Origin: an uncultured Candidatus Peribacteria bacterium | GTDB taxonomy: Bacteria > Patescibacteriota > Gracilibacteria > BD1-5 > UBA2023 | Assembly (NCBI GenBank): GCA_964446905.1 | Contig: CAYUQQ010000003.1 | Location: 1 to 29,142 of the forward strand | Reading direction: 5' to 3' | DNA: 29,142 nt | Part shown: positions 23,451-29,142 of the stretch, one piece after another | How positions within the stretch are numbered: position 1 is the first letter of the stretch | Layout of the letters: each line of letters begins with the position of its first letter | Program-made: the position numbers and the translations under genes | Notes under the pieces: generated by a model | The model's input: the letters and a program-made list of their open reading frames with translations, nothing else | What the model was told of the DNA's origin: nothing | Databases searched by the model: none

Positions 23451-25286
23451 TTATTTTCAAGAGGATCAAAGTGCTGTAAATCAAGCAGCTCAAGCAGCAA
23501 TCAAAAAAGTATTCCATGCTATTCAAATCGTAATAATTGCTCATTTAAAGTAACATCATAATACTAAAGAAAATATCATAGCAGCAATAATTCAATAAAA
23601 AACTTTTGGATTTTTTTCTTTTATATTTCATAGTGCTTTGATAGCATCTTCTCATAACTCTAAAGACTTAAGCAATCATTTATATGTTCATTCATTAATT
23701 TTTGAACCTAAATATTCAGCAATATCTCAAATATATTTATTGGTTGGAGAATTTGCAAATTCAAGTAATTTGTCAGTTGTTACTGATATTGGTTTTCTTT
23801 TCATAATTATAAAAAGAATTGTCATATATAATTCAGAACACTCTCCTTTAGTCATTGAATCAAGATCTGTCTTTCAACCAGATACTGCATATAATGTTAA
23901 TAATTCTTTCATAGTAAAGCTATCTCAATTATTAAATTCGCCAATATGATCTTTAAATCAAAAAGCTCACATTACATTTAATATATCTTTTGAAAAACCT
24001 CATTCTTTTGTAATTTCTGTCAAAAAATTTTGAGCTTGTACATCTCTACAAGAACTATTTATTAAAGTATTTTTTCTATAAAACACAACTTCCGAATCTC
24101 AATCTTTTGTTAATAAAATTTTTTCAACAATCTCATGATTAAATCATTTTGATTTTAAAGATTCAATTTTATCTCAAACCAAACCACCATAAGTACCATT
24201 AGAATTTTTAGAAAATACCATATTTTGTATTTTTCATACAACATCATTCTTATTAGACCAATCAATTCACTCTATAATACCTTTTATTTTATCTATTTTT
24301 TCAAAACCAATTCATTTATATAAAGCATTTATTGATTCAAAAAGAGGGCGAGTTTTCCAATTTGGAAGAATATTACTTAAATTTTCATTTATCCATTCTT
24401 CATTATCTAAAATAGACTCTATTGCTAATTTTGCTGCTTTTTGGGTTTTTGGATCTTCTATTTTAGCAATATTTAATTCTTGAGGACAATTTTTATAATA
24501 TTGTAATTCTTGAAAAGATAAATTTTTTATAGTATCAGAATTAATTATATCAATAACTAATTTATTTGCATCATCCTTTTGTTTTTTTTCATCTTCTCAA
24601 AAAGTCCCATCCCAAGCTGCCTTACCTATAGAATCCCACCATCAATCAAATTTTACATTATTTTTTTTCCAATAAATATGATCTATCATTTTCGTATAAG
24701 AAAGATCTTTTATTGTTTCTGTTGTTTCTTTTTTTGTATCTGCTTGTGTTTCTTGAATATCATATTTTTGATCATCTCAAGATCATGTTTGTTCTCAATC
24801 ATTTTTTTGTGCCTCTTCTCAATGATTTTCAGGAACTTCAATATCAAAAAATTTAGCTAAAAAAGGGAGTTTTTTAGCTAACAATGTTCCTATTTTTTTT
24901 ATAAATTTATCCCACATGTCTCAAAATTTATCCCAAATTTGACCCAATGTATCCATAAAACCAAATTTTTCTGCAGCCGCTAAAGCAACTCATCATACTC
25001 ATGTTGCTCAAGCTACTTTTGCAACGGCTCCTTTTAAAGAAGGCTTAATGATCTTGTCTTTTAATTTAGGATCTTGTTTTTGAAAAGTTTCAACTATTTC
25101 TTGAGCTTCTTTTGGAGTTAAACTGTCTTTTAATTTATTCCATTTATCATTAGTTTCTCATTTTATTCCATTTATTACATTTTCAACTTTTCATGCTAAA
25201 ACATTCTTGCTTTTTTGTCTTAATTCAGAAATCAGCTGTTCTGGAGTTTGTATATTTAAACTTTCTTTTGATGTTTCTGCTGTCAT
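23451..25286 (-). CDS. Hypothetical membrane protein, 611 aa
   Basis: Open code-25 frame; Gly/Ala-rich segment (GAVAKVAGATGVGGVALAAA), WDKF repeats, C-terminal hydrophobic hairpin. Confidence 0.8.
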
Positions 25287-25358
25287 ATTAATTATTGTAA
25301 ATAAATTTTATTAATAATACCATATTTTGTATTAAAAAACAAAATTTTGTATAATTTT

Positions 25359-27167
25359 TTAAATTATATTATATGCATTATTTGGAAAAAAAATATTTAC
25401 ATCAAATAAATCTTTAAATTCTTTACAAAATTTATCATCTAATAATTTTTTAATTTTAATTTTTTCTTTTTTTGTTATTGGTTTTATATAGAGAGTGTTT
25501 CATTCTAACATTATAGATCAATTAAAACTTTCTCAATTTTGTGATATTTTGAAATGAAAAAATTTATAAAGAATATTTAATTTATTTTTTTCATTCATTT
25601 GTAAATAAATTTTTTTAATTTCATTTAAATTTAAGTTTCCTTTTTTATCAATAAATCAATCTTTTTTTAATTCATTATTTAATATTTTTTTATTTTTTTC
25701 AATATTTTCTAAATTAAAAAAATTTTTTACTGATTTTTCTACAAATTCTTTTTTGTATGTTTTTCCATTTGGAAAAACATATTCTCATGTTTCTGCATTA
25801 AGATATTTTGCTAAAATTAGTAAAATTGCCGTTATTGTGACTGTTAACGAAGCTACTCTTATTATTCAAACGGTTTTCTTTGCAATATATATAGATCCTA
25901 TAATAATTGATGTTATTGCGATTAGCTCAGGCCATTCGGTACTATGAAAAATTTCTACAAAACCTTCTGTTGTATTTTCAATAACTTCATCAATCTTATC
26001 TCATATCACTTGTTTAAGAATATTTTTAACTCAAGCAGGTAAAATATCTATATCTTTATATAAAGAATTTTTAAATATTTTATCGTAAGTTTCTCCTCTT
26101 GTTTTTATATCTTTTCATAATATTCACCAAATTTTTATAATTAATATTCAGTTTTCAACATCATTTAGTTTGTCATAATCTGTTTCTCATTGAGTTATAA
26201 TATAAAGTTCCAATAATTCTTTTATTGTTAAATCATTTTTTTGATTATTAAAAAATTTTTCAAATTTTTTTCTGTTGTTATTTTTTCAATTATCAAAAGA
26301 AAAATTATTTACTATTAAATTTTTAATTTTTCCATAAAAAGGAAATATTTTTTTATTAAATATATCTTTATCATCAGAATTTAAATGATCTGTACTTATT
26401 TCTTTTAAATTATTTTGTAATTCTCCAACCTTTATATCTTTATTTGTATGAGCAAAAATAAGAATTCTATCATTTAATCATAAACTAGCTGCTTTTTCTT
26501 TTAATTCTCATTCTCATTCTCATTTTTGTAAACTTACTTTTTTTATTAATTCTTCGCGAAAATTATTTAAACCATTTAATCCAATTTGAAAATTTATTTC
26601 TTTTAATTTCCCAAGTATTCATAAATCAGAACTTAAATTTAAAATTAAATCATTAATTTTTAAATTTAAAGGATCTTCACTTTTTGATTTGTATGATTTA
26701 TTTATAAGTTCTCTTCAATATCATGTTGATAAAATTTTACAAGCATAAAACAAAGCGTCTTTATTTTCATTCTTAAATCAATATTTAGAAGGAATTAAAT
26801 TATCATAATCTAATTTTGATAAGTCATCTATTTCTCTAAGTGTAAGTTTTTTAAATTTTTCATCTACAAATAATAATTGTATTTTACTAATAATATCTTT
26901 ATCTAAAGATGAATTGTTTTGTGTTTTTATTTGTATACAAAATGTTTCTACAAAAACTTTTACAGAAGTTTGATATTTAACATTATTTTTTACTTCTTCT
27001 AATTTTTGTTTTGTTTGAATATTGTTTAAAAATTCATCTAATGTTGGTCATTGGGGTTGTTTTGGTTGTGTAGTTTCTACTGGCACTCTATATATAGAAT
27101 CTCATCCCAATTGAGGAAGAGAAGGATCTATTAGTGTTCGATATATATTATTCTTTTCTGCCGCCAT
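25359..27167 (-). CDS. Hypothetical membrane protein, 602 aa
   Basis: Code-25 frame from ATG 27167 to TAA 25359 (ends and C-terminal third checked codon by codon, middle read through); hydrophobic hairpin LIAITSIIIGSIYIA...IIRVASLTVTITAILLILA. Confidence 0.75.
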
Positions 27168-27187
27168 ATTGTTTTTTAAATTAAAAA

Positions 27188-29142
27188 TTAAGCTCACCAT
27201 TTGACAGCTTGTCAGGTGGTGTCTATGTTGTCCAAAAACTCTTTTTGTCTTTTGTATTCAAGGATCATATTAAGTATATTTACAAATCATGTTTTAGTTT
27301 TTGGGTCATCGAGTAATTTGCTGTAAAAAGTATATTCTGAATTACAAAGAGTTTCTGTTTGGCCACTAAAATCATAACCATCATAATAGTCCAATTTCTG
27401 AATTTCACTATATCCTGGTAATTTTCATTTTGTAAGTATTGGCTGATGCTTAATCATTCTATCAAGTATTGATGTACAAAGTTTTTTATAAGCATCTGGA
27501 TATTGACTTTTCTTAGATTCCTCATTAATTTTCAATAATAATCAAATATATAAATTATTATTTTCTGTTTTCATATTTCTTATTCCTTCAGCATCCAGTT
27601 TCATATAATCACATATATTATTAATAGTATATTTTATATCATCATTTTTAAAATTTGGTCTTTCTATTTGATTTAAAATTGCTTCTATTAAAGCAAGTTT
27701 AAAAATATCAAATCATGTAAATTCTCCATCTCAAATCGCAGATAATAGCTTTGATTTAAAAATTTCTTTTTGTTGTTCTTTGTTATAATAAATCCAATCA
27801 TCACCTGTATATTCAGAACTATATTTTCAGCTTTTATATTCTCAAATTATTTTTATAAAATCTTTATTAAGATTATTTTTATATTCATCTACTTTATTAT
27901 TCCAAAAATTAACATCTCTACCATATGCAGCACTCATATATTCTCTTGGATTAGTGCTCATATCTACTTTGCCAAAAACTCAAAATCATTTTGCTTTATC
28001 AGATATATCATGGGCCACTCAATAATTAGTCACATAATGCATAATCATAGATTTTTTATCTGTCATTCATAGATTTTTTTCAGCCCAATCTTCTCTGTCT
28101 GGAGCAGTTTTCCAAAATAATATATCTGCTTTTTTCGTAGTTCAAGCAAAGCCAAGAGATGAGGCTCATATTCATCAAAGTACCAATCAAAGAGTAAGTC
28201 ATCCAATTTTTCACCATACTCATGGCATTTTTGAAGCAATTGTTGATCATAATCGTACACCAGCTTCAAAACCTCAATATTCTAATCATACTTTTCATAT
28301 AGAAACTAAGTCTTGACTATTGTGATGAATATTTTCGAAAAATACAGGTAAAAATACAACATGCATAGCATTTCAAAATCAAGCCAAAAGCCTACTCAAA
28401 GTAATTGATTTTAATATAAATTGATCTTTTGTTAATATTTTTGTTTTAGAAATAGCTTCATTTATAGTTTTTTGATTAATATCTGATTTTATATCTCAAG
28501 TTAATTTTAATTGTTTCTTCAAATACTCAGTATATTTTGTTTCTTGTAATACAATCTCCTGATTGGTTCTAATTTTTAAATCTTCAAATTGTTCTTTTGT
28601 AATTGGCTTATGTTTTAACCTTTTAAGAATTTCGGAATATTTTTCATAAGTTAATTTTTGTGTAATTTTTTTAAGATGCTCTATTCTTTGACTATGAGGC
28701 AATATTTTTTCAAACTTCATTATAGAAATATCAAGAAAAACAGATTTTGATTCCAATAATTTAAGTGTTTTTGATTTTAAAGCTTCTTTTGTTCATGTAA
28801 ATGTATTTTTTATATCAAAACTAACATTTTTTATTCCCTCAGGAGTTTCATAGTATATTTTTTTTATTGCATAAGTTCATGCTACTCAAGTACTAGCAAA
28901 AACCAAAATAGCAGCCCCTCAAAAAATTTTTTCTCATTTTAACATTTCTTCTTTTTCTTTTTTACTTTGAATCACTTTTTCATCTTTATCCTTTTTTGAC
29001 AATTTTTTATTTTCATTACTACTGTTTTGTTTTAAAAATTCCTCATAAGAAGAAACTGGTTTAATATTAATTATACCACTTTCTCCTGTTTTAAGAGTAT
29101 ATTTTAAAATATTATTTGAAATTTCTACTTGTATTATTTTTT
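27188..29142 (-). CDS. Hypothetical protein with glycine-zipper membrane segments (5' end outside the window, >650 aa)
   Basis: Open code-25 frame from the window edge to TAA 27188; IFGGAAILVFASTGVAGTYAI and PGVWGKIGGLTLGLVLGGIGASSLGFAG segments. Confidence 0.8.

Noticed and set aside
27195-27221. 12-bp hairpin (caccatttgaca-gct-tgtcaggtggtg) in the last codons of the rightmost ORF
   Set aside because: On the mRNA (minus) strand it has two C-A mismatches and no U tract, and it lies in coding sequence; not supportable as a terminator.
28063-28269. Minus-strand 68-aa track ORF (MKLVYDYDQQ...)
   Set aside because: Off-frame overlap with the long glycine-zipper ORF, which is continuous in code 25.

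Overview
Very AT-rich bacterial chromosomal segment in which TGA is a sense codon for glycine (translation table 25), which points to Candidatus Gracilibacteria or Absconditabacteria (SR1) in the CPR/Patescibacteria. In-frame TGA sits at invariant Gly positions of DnaK, Der, MnmA, ExoIII, SSB, TrpRS, SufC, NrdD and NrdG, so the supplied ORF track is fragmented and several of its ORFs are antisense or off-frame artefacts. Read with code 25, the window holds: a truncated PriA-like gene; nrdG, a 55-aa stand-alone glycyl-radical peptide and nrdD (a naturally split class III ribonucleotide reductase) behind two NrdR boxes; xth, a lone sufC, ssb, mnmA; a CIRCE-preceded encapsulin-type ferritin plus dnaK; a membrane protein; an NlpC/P60 peptidase; trpS; a 1699-aa orphan protein with a C-terminal GlnE/DUF294-like nucleotidyltransferase; a secreted 11-residue-repeat protein; a secreted hypothetical; der; tRNA-Arg(CCT); a minimal nucleotidyltransferase; and three large tandem membrane-segment proteins of unknown function. 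I saw no CRISPR array, integrase or IS element. All calls come from manual translation and motif recognition; no database search was run.
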